A DNA stretch of 64,000 nucleotides, taken from the NCBI RefSeq assembly GCF_009914755.1, contig NC_060928.1; one strand, written 5' to 3'. Shown piece after piece: positions 1 through 15,230 of this stretch. The DNA comes from the human T2T-CHM13v2.0 reference genome, Homo sapiens. Position 1 is the stretch's first letter. Every line of letters begins with the position of its first letter. Under the pieces are notes generated by a model. That model was not told the origin of the DNA and ran no database searches. It was given only the letters and a program-made list of their open reading frames with translations. The position numbers and the translations under genes were made by a program.

Positions 1-199
1 CTTTCTATTCTTTCAGTGGATCATTTGAACTTCCACCATGAATATTTCCTTTAGCCAAGTCCAAAACCAGAAATAGTATTTTACCATCACTTTCAAACAA
101 TTCACCTTATCTTAGAAGATTTTAACTTCATCACCCATCTTAATGTAATTTTTGTTTAATCTTTTTCTTCAAGAGTTCCTTTTGTTTCTTATCCTCATG

Positions 200-1225
200 G
201 ACATATTTTATTATCATACTTATTAATGTTGCCATTATGATTAGTGTGGCAACATTCTTATTGTTTTAATGAACATTTTCCTGACTACTAGTGAAAGGAA
301 ACATATTTTCATGTTTCTTCCTCATCCAGATTCCTTCCGTGAATTCCTCATCAATTATTTTTTAGTTTTCCAATTCTTTTTGGGTAATATAATTTATTTA
401 TTTACCAAAGCTACAAATCAGTTTTAAATTTTATGCTTTACAAATGTCTTAGTTTAAATTGCTGGCTCAATTTTTACTTTATAGATGTTATTTCAAGATC
501 TAGAATTTTCATTTTTATGTAATAAGGTTCATTAAGAAAAAATATTAATTAAGAACATTCTTACTGTTTGTATATCTGAATCTTATTTAAGAAATCCTTC
601 CATTCATCTAAGTTCATAACACAATTCTCTCATCTTTTATTCCAAAAGTTTTAAAGTTTTCTTTTTAAACTTCATTCTTTAATCTGTCTGGAATTTATGT
701 TTATGCTTAATGTGAGGTGAGGATCAAGTTAATTTGGTTCTCCATATGAGTAACTGTAGTCCCAGCAGATTTATTTACGAGTTCACCTGTTTCTCCCTTA
801 ATGCTTTCCCTCAAAGTTCTATGAACAGAGGCTTTTGTTTCCTCTTCCTCTATTCTATTCCGTTGCTCTATTTTCCAGTCACATTGTCATTTTCACCGTG
901 GGTGCGTATGTGTGACACTTTACACAAAATCTTGATATTTGAAAGGGATATACCCTCCCCATCCATTTTCCTTTTTAAAAAATAAAATCTACAATCATTT
1001 TGTAAAGTACCACAGAAGTATTATGCAATTTAAATTAAAATTGAGTTTACTGGCTAAACCGGACAGGATGGATATAATTTCAAAAATAGGAACATGATCT
1101 ATCTCAACATTTATTTAAGAATATATTAAAGTCTTTCAATAAAGGTTTCTACTTTTAATAAATTTTACATTTTTGTTGTTAGGTTTATTTCTAGCTAATT
1201 ATGAACTTCTGTTGCTATTGAAAAT
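200..1225 (-). mobile_element. Degenerate L1M(E)-type LINE fragment
   Basis: T-rich antisense L1 ORF2/3'-like wording; boundaries approximate. Confidence 0.45.
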
Positions 1226-1232
1226 ACCTTGG

Positions 1233-1845
<613 letters not shown>

Positions 1846-2299
1846 CTTAAATGTAATTTTAAAGATTACATTTTTTGTCTATTTCTGTTGTGTAAGACTC
1901 AATATGATCACTAATTTTAACACTTTCTATCTAGATTTTTTTTTATGGATAATTGTAACAACTGTTAATATTTTGCTATTGTTCCATTTTTATTATTTTA
2001 TATTCATTTCTTATTGCATTTATTAGGATATCTTTATGACATTAATTTGTCTGATTTGTTGACATTGATAGTGATATCACTAATTTTTCATCACTGAATA
2101 CAATGTCTGCTGTGGTCTTTGTAATATATGTATATTAGTTGGAATGAAATAAAATTGCTTTAAGAAAAAAAATCAAACAACAAACCATCTCTAAAACCTA
2201 GCACTACCAATGTGAAAGGTCCTTGTTGATGGAGAAGCTCTGCTCCACCCAGTCTTTCAGAAACTAGGGTTGTCCCATCCTGTTCCACAATACCCTGTG

Positions 2300-2628
2300 T
2301 TTGAGGTCTTTAACCATTTCGTGAATCCCTTCGGCCATCTGGTGAAGCTATGGCTCTGCCTCAGAATAATGCTTTAAAGTAAGTGCGTAAAATAAAATGT
2401 ATGTCATTTTAAAGACAACTAATTATAATTGCAAAGCAGTTTCAATACTGTACAGTTTCAAACACTTCTTCTTATGTAGATTTTAGTTTACCTTCATTAT
2501 TGAAGGAAATGCTAAATTGCAGTTAAACACTTCTAATATTAAAACTACAATTTTCCTCTCACAGATCCAAAATTCTATCCACAGAATTTTGGGTTCTCAT
2601 GAGCCCCAGGTTAAGAATGCCTACTCAA
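2300..2628. mobile_element. Old hAT-Charlie-type DNA transposon relic
   Basis: ctggtgaagctatgg...ccccaggttaagaatgcct wording recalled from Charlie MITEs; family not certain. Confidence 0.4.
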
Positions 2629-2754
2629 GGCATTGTAAATATTGTCATAGCTTCATAGCTTAATCTATATTCAGGCAAAGACAGCCTGTGACAGGCACAA
2701 CCAGTGTATCAATGCCCAAGGAGAAGATGAAACATATCACTTCTGGTCACACTC

Positions 2755-2811
2755 TGTATTAGTCAGTGTTATCCAGAGAAACAGAATAGGAGATAAATAT
2801 AGCTATATATA

Positions 2812-2847
<36 letters not shown>

Positions 2848-3175
2848 TGATATATATAGATACATATGATATAGATATATATAAATATATATGATATAGA
2901 TATATAGATATATATGATATAGATATATCTGTTGAATCTATCTATATCTATCTATCTAGATAGATAGGTAGATATATCTAACAGAATAGGATATATATAT
3001 ATATCTTCCAAAATCACATCAAACAATTCTTATAATAAATCAATATATATATACTATAATGTATTAGAGTTATTTCTAGCTAATTTTGAACTTTTGTTGC
3101 TATTAAATCTCATGAACCAATTTGTACAATAAATCATTATATATGTAATGATATATAGATATATATAATAAATCA
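2755..3175. mobile_element. Scrambled MLT2 (ERVL) LTR end fragments with (GA)n/(TA)n/(TATC)n microsatellite
   Basis: TGTATTAGTCAGTGTTATCCAGAGAAACAGAA terminus; opposite-orientation MLT2 pieces at about 3005-3050 and about 3108-3175. Confidence 0.65.
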
Positions 3176-3381
<206 letters not shown>

Positions 3382-3637
3382 TACTATATATAGAGATATA
3401 TAGTATCTATCTATCTATCTATCTAGTAACTCATTATAAGAACCAGTTAGTCATGATTCCCTTATTGTATGTATGACTGCATATAATTGTATCTCAGACT
3501 ATAGGCCCTATGCTTCCAATTCTTGTATTAGAAAAAAGGTTTTTATTATGAAATATAAGAATTAAACCTACATTTCTATACAGTCCTTTTCATTTAAAAT
3601 AATTGTTTTAAATTCATTATCCTTAATTTTACATCAG

Positions 3638-3711
3638 GTGATAGATTAAAAGAAAAATATTATCGTAGCCTATCAAGAGTTATTTAGTGATAGGATTATA
3701 TTAACCTTCCA
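3638..3711 (+). pseudogene. Tentative exon, F-box start (DRLKEKYYRSLSRVI***DYINLP)
   Basis: ttttacatcag|GTGAT...CTTCCA|gttagc. Ends in LP like an F-box start. Three consecutive stops, and needs one extra G to join the next exon. Confidence 0.4.
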
Positions 3712-4157
3712 GTTAGCTAATATCCAGTTTCCTTAGCTAGCTTTTACCTAGTTTTTAATTTACAATAGTACGGTATGAGAATATATTTTCTTTTAAGTAT
3801 AAAAATAGACAGGATTATTACATAATTCATAATCACATATGTTCCTACATTATCCGTAAAGTTGATATTAAAATATCTTTGGAAAATATTCTGGAAAAAT
3901 CAATACTTTGAAACTTTTTTTTTAACATTTTGAATTTTTAAAAGTAAGTTAGCTGTACTAATTCCTACTTGTTTTCCTCACAGCATTTCAGAGAATTTTC
4001 AACATATTAAATGTCACAAAATGAATGAAAGTTCCAAATCTCAATTTTAAGGCTGACATTGTCCATTCCCTGTGAAGTTTTTCAGTCTCTAAATAATTCA
4101 TCTATCATACATAGTGTTTTCACTCGACACCCTTCCTTTCGAAATAATTCTCTTGAG

Positions 4158-4358
4158 CTGCACCTCCAAATAGGGTAGACACTGAACACATGTGGCTAAA
4201 TTTAAAGTTAAACTAAAGTGAAATAAGCTTAAGTTCCTTAGCCACACTAGCCACATTTTAAGGTGCTCAATTGCCCTATGTGGCAAGTGGCTACCGTATT
4301 GTGCAGTGTAGAAGAACATTTCTATTATTGCTGAAAGTTCTATTGGGCAGTTCTGTAG
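4158..4358. mobile_element. MER3-type hAT MITE
   Basis: cacactagccacattt...gtggctaccgtattg...aaagttctattgggcag. Confidence 0.75.
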
Positions 4359-4547
4359 AGAAGAGATTCTTTTATTAGAATTTCATCCATGTGTTCTATT
4401 AGAACTATAACATTGACAGTTACAGAAACCATCCATGAGATAAACAAATTATGAAAATACACAATTTTATCAGCAGCATTATTTTTATAACACTTTTTAT
4501 CAGGAAAGTAGCAGACTAAATATGAAGTGTGTTTTTCATTTCCTCAG

Positions 4548-4580
4548 TGATAGCCTTGCATCATTTAATTCCAGTTTTAG
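4548..4580 (+). pseudogene. Exon, 33 nt, phase 1-1 ((V)IALHHLIPVL), F-box helix 1
   Basis: gtttttcatttcctcag|TG...TTTTAG|gtaaga. Confidence 0.55.
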
Positions 4581-5639
4581 GTAAGATACTCTTTTTTCAA
4601 ATCCAAATAATTTAATCTATTTTCTTTATTTTTATGTTAACCCAGAGTTTATTAATTTTAAGACATTGATTAAGTGTTGTACATATTTGTGGAAGAAATG
4701 ATTTATTCTAAGTTATATCCTATGGCAACAATTAACTATTCATTTATGAAAAATAAAAGCAAGAAAAATAAAGAAATAACTTCACAGTTTCTTCAAATGC
4801 TTATGTTGCACGTAGTAGGGAAGAGTTTGGACATGGATTACTATTTCATGGTTTAATGAACTTTCGTCTTAGCTAAATGTGAAGAATAATCCTTTTCCTG
4901 TTAGTTGTATTTCTTTCTATTTAGTTGATTTTTCCCTACTTAGGAAATCATTCTTTCTTCTAGTTTTCCCCACTTCTTTGATGAAAGAATTGATTTCCTT
5001 TCTTTTTTCTTATCGTGACAGATACCTGGCTAAAATAAAGAAAAAAGAAAAAAAAGTAAGCCTGAAGAAAACAAACATGTATTTCTGTGCTAATTTTATT
5101 CATATCCTTTGGATATTAGAAGCCCCACTGTGGCACATTACCTAATTGCATTTTAGCGTCTGGAGCTGTGCATAAACTGTAAATCTATATGACCGTTGTT
5201 TATTCTACTATCACACGTGCAGGCATCAGACACGACATTTGGATAGCTGAATGCCAGGAAATTATAGGCGCTTTCTCTCAGAAGGAAACATGGCAAAATA
5301 AATATGTAAATAAATAAACAAATCAAACATGGCATTGAATTCAGCTGCCTAGTACTGCTAATTGTACACAATCCAGGTATTAATACAATATGAAAAATAA
5401 TAAACTACTTAAAAAATTCATGTTTTTACTATGCTTAGTTTAATTATGAATTAACAGATTAGTAAATGTTCTTTACTCAAACTCAACAATTGCATTCTAG
5501 TTTAAAGAAATATTAAGAATTTATATGGAAATATAGCAATAAATAATTGCAGCATCGTTTATAATTTGAAAAAAAAATAGAAAGACTTAATATAAAATGT
5601 AAATGATTAAACAAATATATCCGCAGATGGGAAGATTTT

Positions 5640-5890
5640 AAAAACTTCTTGCCAAATCAATCTATCAATTCAATGAAATTTCAATAAAAATTGTCCCGTG
5701 ATTTTTTCATAGAAGCTGACAAACAAATGTAAGATTCATATGAGAAGAGAGGATAAAGGATCCAAAGGGTCAATTTACTTTTAAAGAAGTAGTGTAAACA
5801 GAGGGTTTGTTCAAAAATAAAAATATCAGGATTTTTTTTTAATCTACATTGTTTATGATAATGTGGTATTGGTGCAAAATAATGGAATAC
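5640..5890 (+). mobile_element. Old L1 ORF2 fragment
   Basis: aaatcaatctatcaattcaatgaaatt...gtggtattggtgcaaa. Confidence 0.55.
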
Positions 5891-5964
5891 CTCTCGGACT
5901 CGTGCAGGAGGTGACCCTCATGAGTGTGTTCGTGTTAAAAACACATGTACAGAAAAATATTTAA

Positions 5965-6264
5965 GGCCGGACAGAGTGGCTCATGCCTGTAATTCCAGCA
6001 TTTTGGAAGGCCGAGGTGGGAGGATTTGCTTGAGTCCAGGAGTTCAAGACCAGTCTGGGCAACATAGACCCATTTCTACAAAAAAAAAATTTAAAAAAAA
6101 TTAGCTCAGGAATCCTGGTGCGCCCCTGTAGTCCCAGCTACTCTGGAGCCTGAGGTGGGAGGACTGCTTGAGCTTGGGAGATCAAGGTTGCAGTGAGCCA
6201 TGATTGCACCACTGCGCTCTAGCATGAGAAACACCGTGAGACCCTGTCTCAAAAAAAAAAAAAA
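5965..6264 (+). mobile_element. AluJ
   Basis: Full dimer with A tail. Confidence 0.93.
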
Positions 6265-6861
6265 ATTAACATTTACAAACCACTCAGTGGTTATCTAGTT
6301 ATATATGGAGTTGCTAACAAATTTCATTTTCTTCTTTTTGTTCATCTGTAATTTCTATTGTTAAACAGTGTGTTTGTATTGCTTTATAATTTAAAACAAA
6401 TTATTTTGTTTATTGATTCTTTTAGTCCAAAGCTTTACTTTCTGGGGACATTAGCATATAAAAGTTGTTATTTTACATGCAATGAATTCCTTCATATGAA
6501 TCCCAGAAATACACATTCTTTTATTTTCTTATCCCTGAAAGTCATAGCTGATGTGGCTGATTTATAGCATAATCATTCAGCTCTCTCTAGGTTCAATTAG
6601 TAATCTCAGATGAAAATTTCAAAAGCATTTTGTTCTCTAAAGCAAAATAAATGTCAAAAGAACCGTTAAACCTCAAAAAGAACTGGTAACAAAGTAAGTT
6701 TCACCTAGTTAGTTACATGTTAAGACTGCAGTGGATTTTGCTTACTTAGAAGAGAATCAAATGTCATTTTGGGCTGAAGTTTGCCAATTTACTAAAAGCC
6801 ATTGTGCATATTCTCGAAGAATGAGTGTTCCCCTCATTTATGACTTAAGTCATGGTTGTCA

Positions 6862-7333
6862 TGCAGCGGGATAATTAAGGAATCAGAGAGACCGAGGGGT
6901 TGAGGAGGAATTATTTAATTATTTACCTGCACCGACCCAATCGGATTAACATCCAAAGGACTGAGTCAAGCTACCTTTTAACCATTTTGTGGGGCGGGGG
7001 GAGATTTGTGCAGGGGGAAGCGTATTACAGAAGCGAGAAAGAAAGACAGTTATTCAATTAAGACGTGCATTACATTATTTCTTACTTTTTAAGGAACAAC
7101 ATGTTTTATGACTTGAGATTATCTGTCTAGTGACCTTGCAGCTGCACAGCTAGAGAAACAGGGTCTTCACAATGCCTGGGAAAGGGAGAGATAAGGCTCA
7201 CTAGCCACAGAAAAACAGACAGTCAATTTTTAAAGGACTTCAGCTCTTTCTCTTCCTCAGGCATAGTTAGTTTTCTTACATACAACTGAGTTTTTGCTTA
7301 CAGATTTTTAAATTTCTTTTAATTCTTGTTCCA
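6862..7333 (-). mobile_element. ERV1-class solo LTR (LTR15-like, family uncertain)
   Basis: 472 bp, TG...CA ends, perfect 4-bp TSD GTCA (6858-6861 / 7334-7337). Confidence 0.8.
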
Positions 7334-8559
7334 GTCACAATGATCCTAGAGTCTAGGAGGGGCAAAGTGGGCCCTGTGAAGACGAGGCTGTGCCCACTGA
7401 GGCTGTGGGACTCTCTACAGGCCACGTCTGCAGGCCAAAGGAGAGAGGGCCGATTATAGCAGGTGACCACAATTCACGTGGACCACGTCAGGAGAGAAAA
7501 CACAGCTGGGTCAGGAAAAGAGAATGGTGGGCAGGAAGGGCAAATATAATGAAGACAACACATCAGAGCCAAAGATATCATAAAGGTTAAAGAAACTCTT
7601 GTAAAAAAAATATAAGAAACTATTATAGGATAAGGGAAGACGCCATTGGGGCAAGAGAACCAGGCTTTGAATCTCTCCCATCTACAAATAATTTGTCTTT
7701 GGACAATTTATGATTTTATTTTTTAAGTTTCAGTACCCATTAAGATAACATATCCATTTTTAAGTTTTATTGATTACCTGGAAAATAGTCATCGCTTCGT
7801 AGATAATAGCTCTCATTATAGTTGTAAAAGAAACACATGGGGGACCCAGCAAAGGAAGTTTTTTTATTTTTTATTTTTATGGAGCAATCTCTAATGAACT
7901 CTGCAGATGCCTGTTGCTGTCTAGAGTGATGAGCTCCTACTGGACAATTTTATTATTCAAATAAGGCAAACACTATCAGAAAGTCCATAGAAAAAGGAGT
8001 TTGTAAGTGGGTTGTAAGTGAAATAGTTATAATTTATATTAAATTCCATGGGTCCTTTAGAGATTTATAAATAATAATTTATGTAATATGATATAGGAAA
8101 ATGGAAGAAATCTAGTCATATTACAGTTATAATAAGCCAAGCACTGTTTAGTCGGACACTATATACACATTCATATCTACTGAATATATATCTACTGAAT
8201 ATATATATATATATTTAGTAGAAACTTTGTACTTCTTTTTGAATAATTCAGCTAATATTTCCTAAATGTCTATCATCTGCAATACTTTATTGACTGCCAC
8301 TTATTTTGAATAAAATAAAGTCCCTGACCATTGCCATGCACATTGACTAAAGTAATTGCTAAAATATTTCCTTCAGAAGTGATTGGACCATGACAGCTTT
8401 CAAATGACTAAGAAAAGCTTCATTTAGGTTTGTACTCTTAGCTTAAAAAATGAATGAATGGGAAGTGATATGTGAATTCAGTTCAAGATTTAAACATCTT
8501 TTAGCATAAAATACAAAAATAATATTTTTCTGTTTTAAATAAATACATATGTATTTTTG

Positions 8560-8611
8560 TATGTGTGTGTGTGTGTGTGTATGTGTGTGTTGGGGGTGTG
8601 TCTGTGTGTGT
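8560..8611. repeat. (TG)n microsatellite, interrupted
   Basis: Direct. Confidence 0.9.
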
Positions 8612-8741
8612 ATACAGCATTTATTTAGTAGAGGAAAATGTTGCTATTAAACACTCAGGGATAATGCAATTTCAAACATTCTGCAGTTGACAATGGGCTT
8701 CCTTACCCACTCTGTTCTCAAATATAGGCAGGCTTAAGTTA

Positions 8742-9146
<405 letters not shown>

Positions 9147-9745
9147 TCATTCTGAGCCTCCACAATTCCCCATTCAGCAAGAGCATCAAGCTCTCTGCAC
9201 TGATTGCATTTAAGCTCACAAATTTCAATCTTGCCTTTTGCTTGATTGTATTTTTGAATCAAAAGTATAATAAAAAGTAACTGTATTTATTAAGTTATGG
9301 AGGAGTTGTACAGTGAATACAAAAGCCATTTTGTTTCATGTAGTCTAAAATATGATTAAAAAGACTTGTACAGAATATGAAATGTATACATATATGCAGA
9401 TGGTCTAATTTTCCACTTCATTTCAACTTTGCCTTTTTATTACTTCTTAGGTTTTTCTTTTCACTTATATGCCACACAAATTAATGTAAAACTGCCACAA
9501 ATTTGTTTTTTGTTTTTTAATACAATTCTGTTTTTATTCACCCTTCATCTTTTTGCTCTAGTCATTTTGTTTAACAACTAAGAAAAATAGAAACAACAAG
9601 CACCCTTTTTCCCAGTACTAATTTCAAATACCCATCTCTCAACTTGGACAAGGGTTTTCCCATTCCCGATTATCTTCTTTGCTTCTTGGACATACTGCAT
9701 ACTAAATGTTCCAGAACAAATAGTGCACTTCTTACATTCTTGCTC

Positions 9746-10270
9746 TCTGATAGTTAATTTTTAATGTAAGCTTGATTGGGCCAAAGGGTGCCCAGATATT
9801 TTGTCAAACATTATTCTGGAAGTGTTTTTGAGGGTATTTTTGGATGAGATGAACATTTGAATCAGTAGACTGAGTACTGTAGATAGCCCTCCCTAATGTG
9901 GCTAGGCTGCATCCAGTCCGTTGAAGACCTGAATAAAACAAAATGATTGACCAGGAAGAGAAAAGGGGAAAATCCTCCTTTATGACAGCTTTAGCTGAAC
10001 ATTGATCTTTTTCCAGTCTTTTGCCTGGGACTGAAACATGAGTTCTTGTTGGGTCTCAAGCCTGCTGGCTTTCACACTGAAAATTATACCATTTACTCCC
10101 CTGGTCCCCGACCTTCAGACTCAGACTGGAACTACACATTGGCTCTTCTGGGTCTTCAGCTTTGCTGACTGTAGACCTTGTGGCTTCTCAGCCTCCATAA
10201 TCATGTGAACCAATTTCTTATCATTACATATATATGTGTGTGTATGTACATGCACACGCATATGCACACA
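9746..10270 (+). mobile_element. MLT2 (ERVL) solo LTR
   Basis: tgatagttaattttt...gggtgcccagata...cagcctccataatcatgtgaaccaatt. Confidence 0.85.
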
Positions 10271-10796
10271 CCTATGAATGCTGGGAAACATCATGAACAC
10301 ACACTTTATGGAATAGGTGGGCTTTAGTTGATGGGTAATGGGAGTATTTGGGGAGTACAATACTAATATTTATTGAGAGTCTATAATGTACTAGGCTTTG
10401 AATTCAGGACTCCTTTTGCAAATAGCAGAAACCAATGCTGATTTACTGAAACATAATTTATTGGAAGACTTTAAAATAGGTGAGATACAAGGTCAAGCAG
10501 GTGGCTGAGACTACCACCAAGGTAATGCCACAGGAACATTGGCTTTAAGTGGAATTAACATTGCTTCCAGTCAATGAATTGCACCAATAAAAGGCTGCTG
10601 GCACCACAGTTGGATGCTGGGCATCATCATGCAAAATAGATACCACTCTGCCACAGTGAACTCTAAAGCCTTTCTAAATTCTTCTTTCTTAGTGGGAAGG
10701 TCACCTGCATCTAGATGCAAGGTCTAGGAAAGCAGCATCTGATTGATAAGGATTATGTAAATTGCCATGCCATAATAATAATAATAATAATAATAA

Positions 10797-11081
10797 TTTT
10801 TTTCTGAGACTGTGTCTCACTCTTTAGCCCAGGCTGAAGTGAAGTGGTGCGATCTCAGCTCATTGCAACCTCCACCCTGTGGGTTCAAGTGATTGTCCTG
10901 CCTCAGCCTCCTGAGTAGCTGGGATTACAGGCACGCACCACTATGTCTGGCTAATTTTTTGTGTCTTTTGTAGAGATGGGGTTTCACCATGTTGGCCAGG
11001 CTTGTCTTGAACTCCTGACCTCAGGTGATCTACCTGCCTCAGCCTCCCAAAGTGCTAGGATTACAGGTGTGAGCCACCGCC
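10797..11081 (-). mobile_element. AluS with adjacent (AAT)n
   Basis: Antisense dimer; (AAT)n at 10772-10797. Confidence 0.92.
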
Positions 11082-12765
11082 TCATATTCTTTTTCAAATC
11101 TCAGTCCCTAAAAAGAGAAGAAGCATTTCAGATGCTAAGGAGCAAAAGCATGACCAAACCAAAATTTATCTACCATGCTGACTTTAATGATGTTTTAGAA
11201 ATGAATCCTCAGAACAAATATTAAAAGTACATATTATTACATACATATCACACACGATAGGCTGAGACTTTAATAAAATTACTTTCCAAAATTCATTAAA
11301 AAATGACAAAACTGTGGTTCAAATACTGGATCTTATTTTACTGTGTTGCAAAAAACCCCTCAAATTTCAGTATTAGTATTTATTCTTCAGATTTTAACCA
11401 AATATTTGCTTCAAATGTGTGTGCTTCTGGATATAATTAAAGGTGCACTTCTGGATATAATTATCCTGAGTATTTTTTGGCGTGCCACACCCACTCAATT
11501 TTGTGTTTTATCTTACCTAGATAATTATAGCTCAACAAAGCCAATGAAATGGAAAAAAGAAACATCTGGGCACGTAGAAATGGTTAGTAAATGTTTAATT
11601 TACACAGATTCAGCATGAAATGATCAGAAAACATAGATTATTGTTTAAAAAACCTCTTCGACTATTGCACTCACTTTTACTGGTCTTAGTTATTTATCCA
11701 TGTTTAGGATTTTCAATGTTCACAGTTGCCATCAACTTATCCTACTTTCATTTTCATATTTGCATTGATTTAAAAAGGTAATATTTTAAAGTTAAAACTA
11801 CTCTACTTAGACTTTCCTAATCTTTTTCATTCAGTTAAGAAATTAGAATATTCCAAACTTTGCAAAAAATTGAATGTCTTCTCATTTCATAAATTACAAA
11901 GAGAATTGTGATACAACATTTCATTTGATTCACAATAAAGTCTTCAGTTCTACAGAGGAGACAGTTTCTTTCTGAGAGCATAACTGTTTTGCCCCACGTC
12001 ACATAGTATCAACCCAGGTTTTTAGCTGTCCTGCCCCACACTGCATTTTGAGGTAATGGATGCATGATCATGTCTCCATAATTTAAGTGAAAAACCAAAG
12101 ATTATAGCCATTGCAGGTGGCTGTCCCATTTAATACCTATATTAAAATAACATTTCATAGAATGTGAAGATAGTTGTGACACAGTGAAGAAAATATGTAG
12201 TTAACTACAGCTGAGACATTAGCTATTTAAAATTGTGCATGAAGGAAGCCAGGAAACAGTGATTTTTTCTTTTTTCCTTTTCTTTCCCCCGTCCCCAACT
12301 ACATAAGATGTTACACACAAGTTAATAAGAGTTGCTGGTACAAATTTCAGAATGAAAAAATTGATGGGAATCGAAGTAGCTTTTAAAAGGGAAAGGCAAG
12401 AAGGGTTTGGCTAAGTGTGGGGGAGAAATGGATGAAGAAAATCGTGTTTTCAAGTTCTTTCTTAGGAGAATAGTAACTTCTTAGCCAGTCCCTGCACTAT
12501 ACAATATTTAGGAACCTATTATTTTCCTGCAACCTTTATCTTTCTTTTGTTAAGGTAACCAAAAATGCAGAGAAAGCTGCAATAATAATAGAACTAGATT
12601 CTTAATGTAATTTGATCAAGTAGTCTCATTTCTAATAGTAAAAATTTATTACATTTATAAAGCATCACATTGTAGAGAGAACAATGGTTTCCTGGCACTA
12701 TCTTATTTATACTTATATTGTTTTCATTAATGTATGAACAAAATATTATAAACCATACCCTTTAG

Positions 12766-12818
12766 TGACATTATAAATATCAAATAAAGTCTGGCTTATT
12801 TTACCTGTGCAAGATCAG
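12766..12818 (+). pseudogene. Exon, 53 nt (DIINIK*SLAYFTCARS), F-box second half
   Basis: ccctttag|TGAC...ATCAG|gtaagt. Ends in phase 1; the 5' phase is mismatched and there is one stop. Confidence 0.5.
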
Positions 12819-14328
12819 GTAAGTATCTAGGTAACAAAAAACAGGTATTATCGATTTTCATCTGAAGACATGTCTTTAAAAATTATTGACTATAATGGAA
12901 TACAGTTAATCAATTGGAGAATAAGTAGTATACTAAAAGCAATATAAAAGACATATTTTTCCTTGAAAAATCAAATAGAATCCAGAGCCAATTTTGCCAG
13001 GTATTATTTATTCAGGCTTCATTTCTTTTAGCCTGAGTACAAGAAAAATTGTTAAATACAAAAAAATTATTGTTTCTTGTATTTTAATCTGTCATTTGTT
13101 TTCTCTTAGAACATTAAGGTCCACATGTGATGAAGGAATAAATAATAATTTATATTGATCACATGAATTCTATAATCCATATCTTCTGACAGAATTGCTA
13201 CATAGAATTTTATATTCTTATTACTATCTTAAAATTGTCTCAATTTAAATTCACATACCAGTGCTTTTGCCAAAAACATGAGGTATTTCCCCATGTTCTT
13301 CTTCTACTATGGGGTTCTATCAATCATATATAAATGAAAATAGAATGAATAGAAGAAGCTTGTAAATGTAATTAATGGATTAAGTTTTATGACAAATAAT
13401 TGTGTAGATGAATAAATCTCAGTAACTAAAACATCATGGATTCAGAAAAATCGCTTTAGAACCTGTATGTTTTTATAGAGCTCTATTTAGTTAATTTGAA
13501 ATATTACTGAAAATTATGAAGCAAGAAAACAAAAAGCCAAAGTTCTTAAGAGAAGTTTAAAGAATAACCTGGCCAATGCCCAAGGTAGCAATTCTTATGA
13601 CAGATTTTAGGCTACACCAAGACATATTTTCCCATCCCCTGAATAAACCTACCTTTGCACAGGGTTGAAGTATATGGGCACAGTGTCAAGATGAACAAAG
13701 GCACATTTTAAAAGTTAGATATTTATGGTTATAGTTGTTGTAGTTTAGAAATCCTGTATCTGAAAATGGATTAGAAAAGGGGTATTTTTGGTGGAAGGCA
13801 TAAATTTAAAAGAAAATTACTTAACTTTCATTTATATCGTGAAATAGAAAAAGATGACTTCCACGATTTGTGTTAAAATTATATTTTGTTAATTTGTAGT
13901 GAAGCATATATAGAACTCCATTTTCTTTTGATCAGCTGTTGGAGATAATGCAAATGTAATTAACTAGCCTATGGTGAACTTCATTTTTCAATTTCATTAA
14001 AGGTCAGAAGTTATCTAAATCCTTTTAAACAATTGAAAAGAAATTAAATAAAAAACTGACACTTACTGAGACAAAGTTTAAAAGAAAGACCCAAGACTTC
14101 ACTTGAATCTGCTGAGAAACTTTGGTGGAAGTGATTTCTGAGAAGGTCAGAAGCAGGAAGTAAGCTCACCCACTATAAGTAGTAGGAAAGAAGAAATGGG
14201 GGTGAGGAAAGGTGTATGAGCCTATTTTCTTTTCATAAAGTTATCCTAAAAGTGACCCAACAATGAAGGCAGTTGTTATCTGGCCTGTGCTAAGGAGTAC
14301 ACAGTGATTTCACTTCCTCCAGTGTCCC

Positions 14329-14690
14329 TGTATTAGTCTGTTTTCACGTGGCTGATAAAGACATGCCTGAGACTGGGCAATTTACAAAAGAAGTTTAATG
14401 GATTCACAGTTCCACGTGGCTGGGGAGGCCTCACAATCATGGCGGAAAGCAAAAAGGAGCAAGTCACACTTTACGTGGATGGTGGCATGCAAAAAGAGAG
14501 AGCTTGTGCAGGGAAACTCCTATTTTCAAACCATCAGATCTCATGAGACCCATTCACTATCATGAGAACAGCACAGGAAAGACCTGCCCCATGATTCAAC
14601 CATCTCCCACTGGGTCCCTTCCACAGCATATGGGAATTATGGGAGCTACAAGATGAGATTTGGGTGGGGACACAGAACCAAACCATATCA
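14329..14690 (-). mobile_element. THE1B-type MaLR solo LTR
   Basis: TGTATTAGTC...CCAAACCATATCA, 362 bp. Confidence 0.92.
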
Positions 14691-14807
14691 GTCAAATTTT
14701 AAAAAGTAGGGGAAGAAAAGGGAGGGCTGTGTCCTTACTATGGACAGACAAATAGTTGTACCATCCTGATGATTTTACTGTGTAAGGTGGAGCAATGTGG
14801 CTGGAAC

Positions 14808-15230
14808 AACTCAAATGTCAATCAAGAGGATAACCAAAATATGGTATATACATACAGAAAATCAATCAAAAAAGGGAATGAAATTCTGAGCCATTTTACA
14901 ACATGATGAACCTTGAAAAAATTATGCTAAGTAAAATAAACCGAATGCAAAAGACATAATGTATGATTTTGCTTATATGAGGTTTCTAAATTAGGCAAAT
15001 TTATGAGAGGCAAAAGTATACTAGAGTTTACCACGGGCTGGAGAGAAGGGGATATGAGAAGCTATTGTTTAATAGGTACCTAATTTCTGTTTGACATGAT
15101 GAAAAATTCTAGAAATGAATAGCAGTAAAGGCTGTACAACACTTTGAATGTACTTAATGCCACTAAGTGGTACATTAAAAAATGGTAAAAATGGCAAAAT
15201 TTATGTATATGTTTTTACCACAGTAAAAAA
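14808..15230 (+). mobile_element. L1MB/L1MC 3' end
   Basis: atggtatatacatac...tgtacttaatgccact...ttttaccaca plus A tail. Confidence 0.75.
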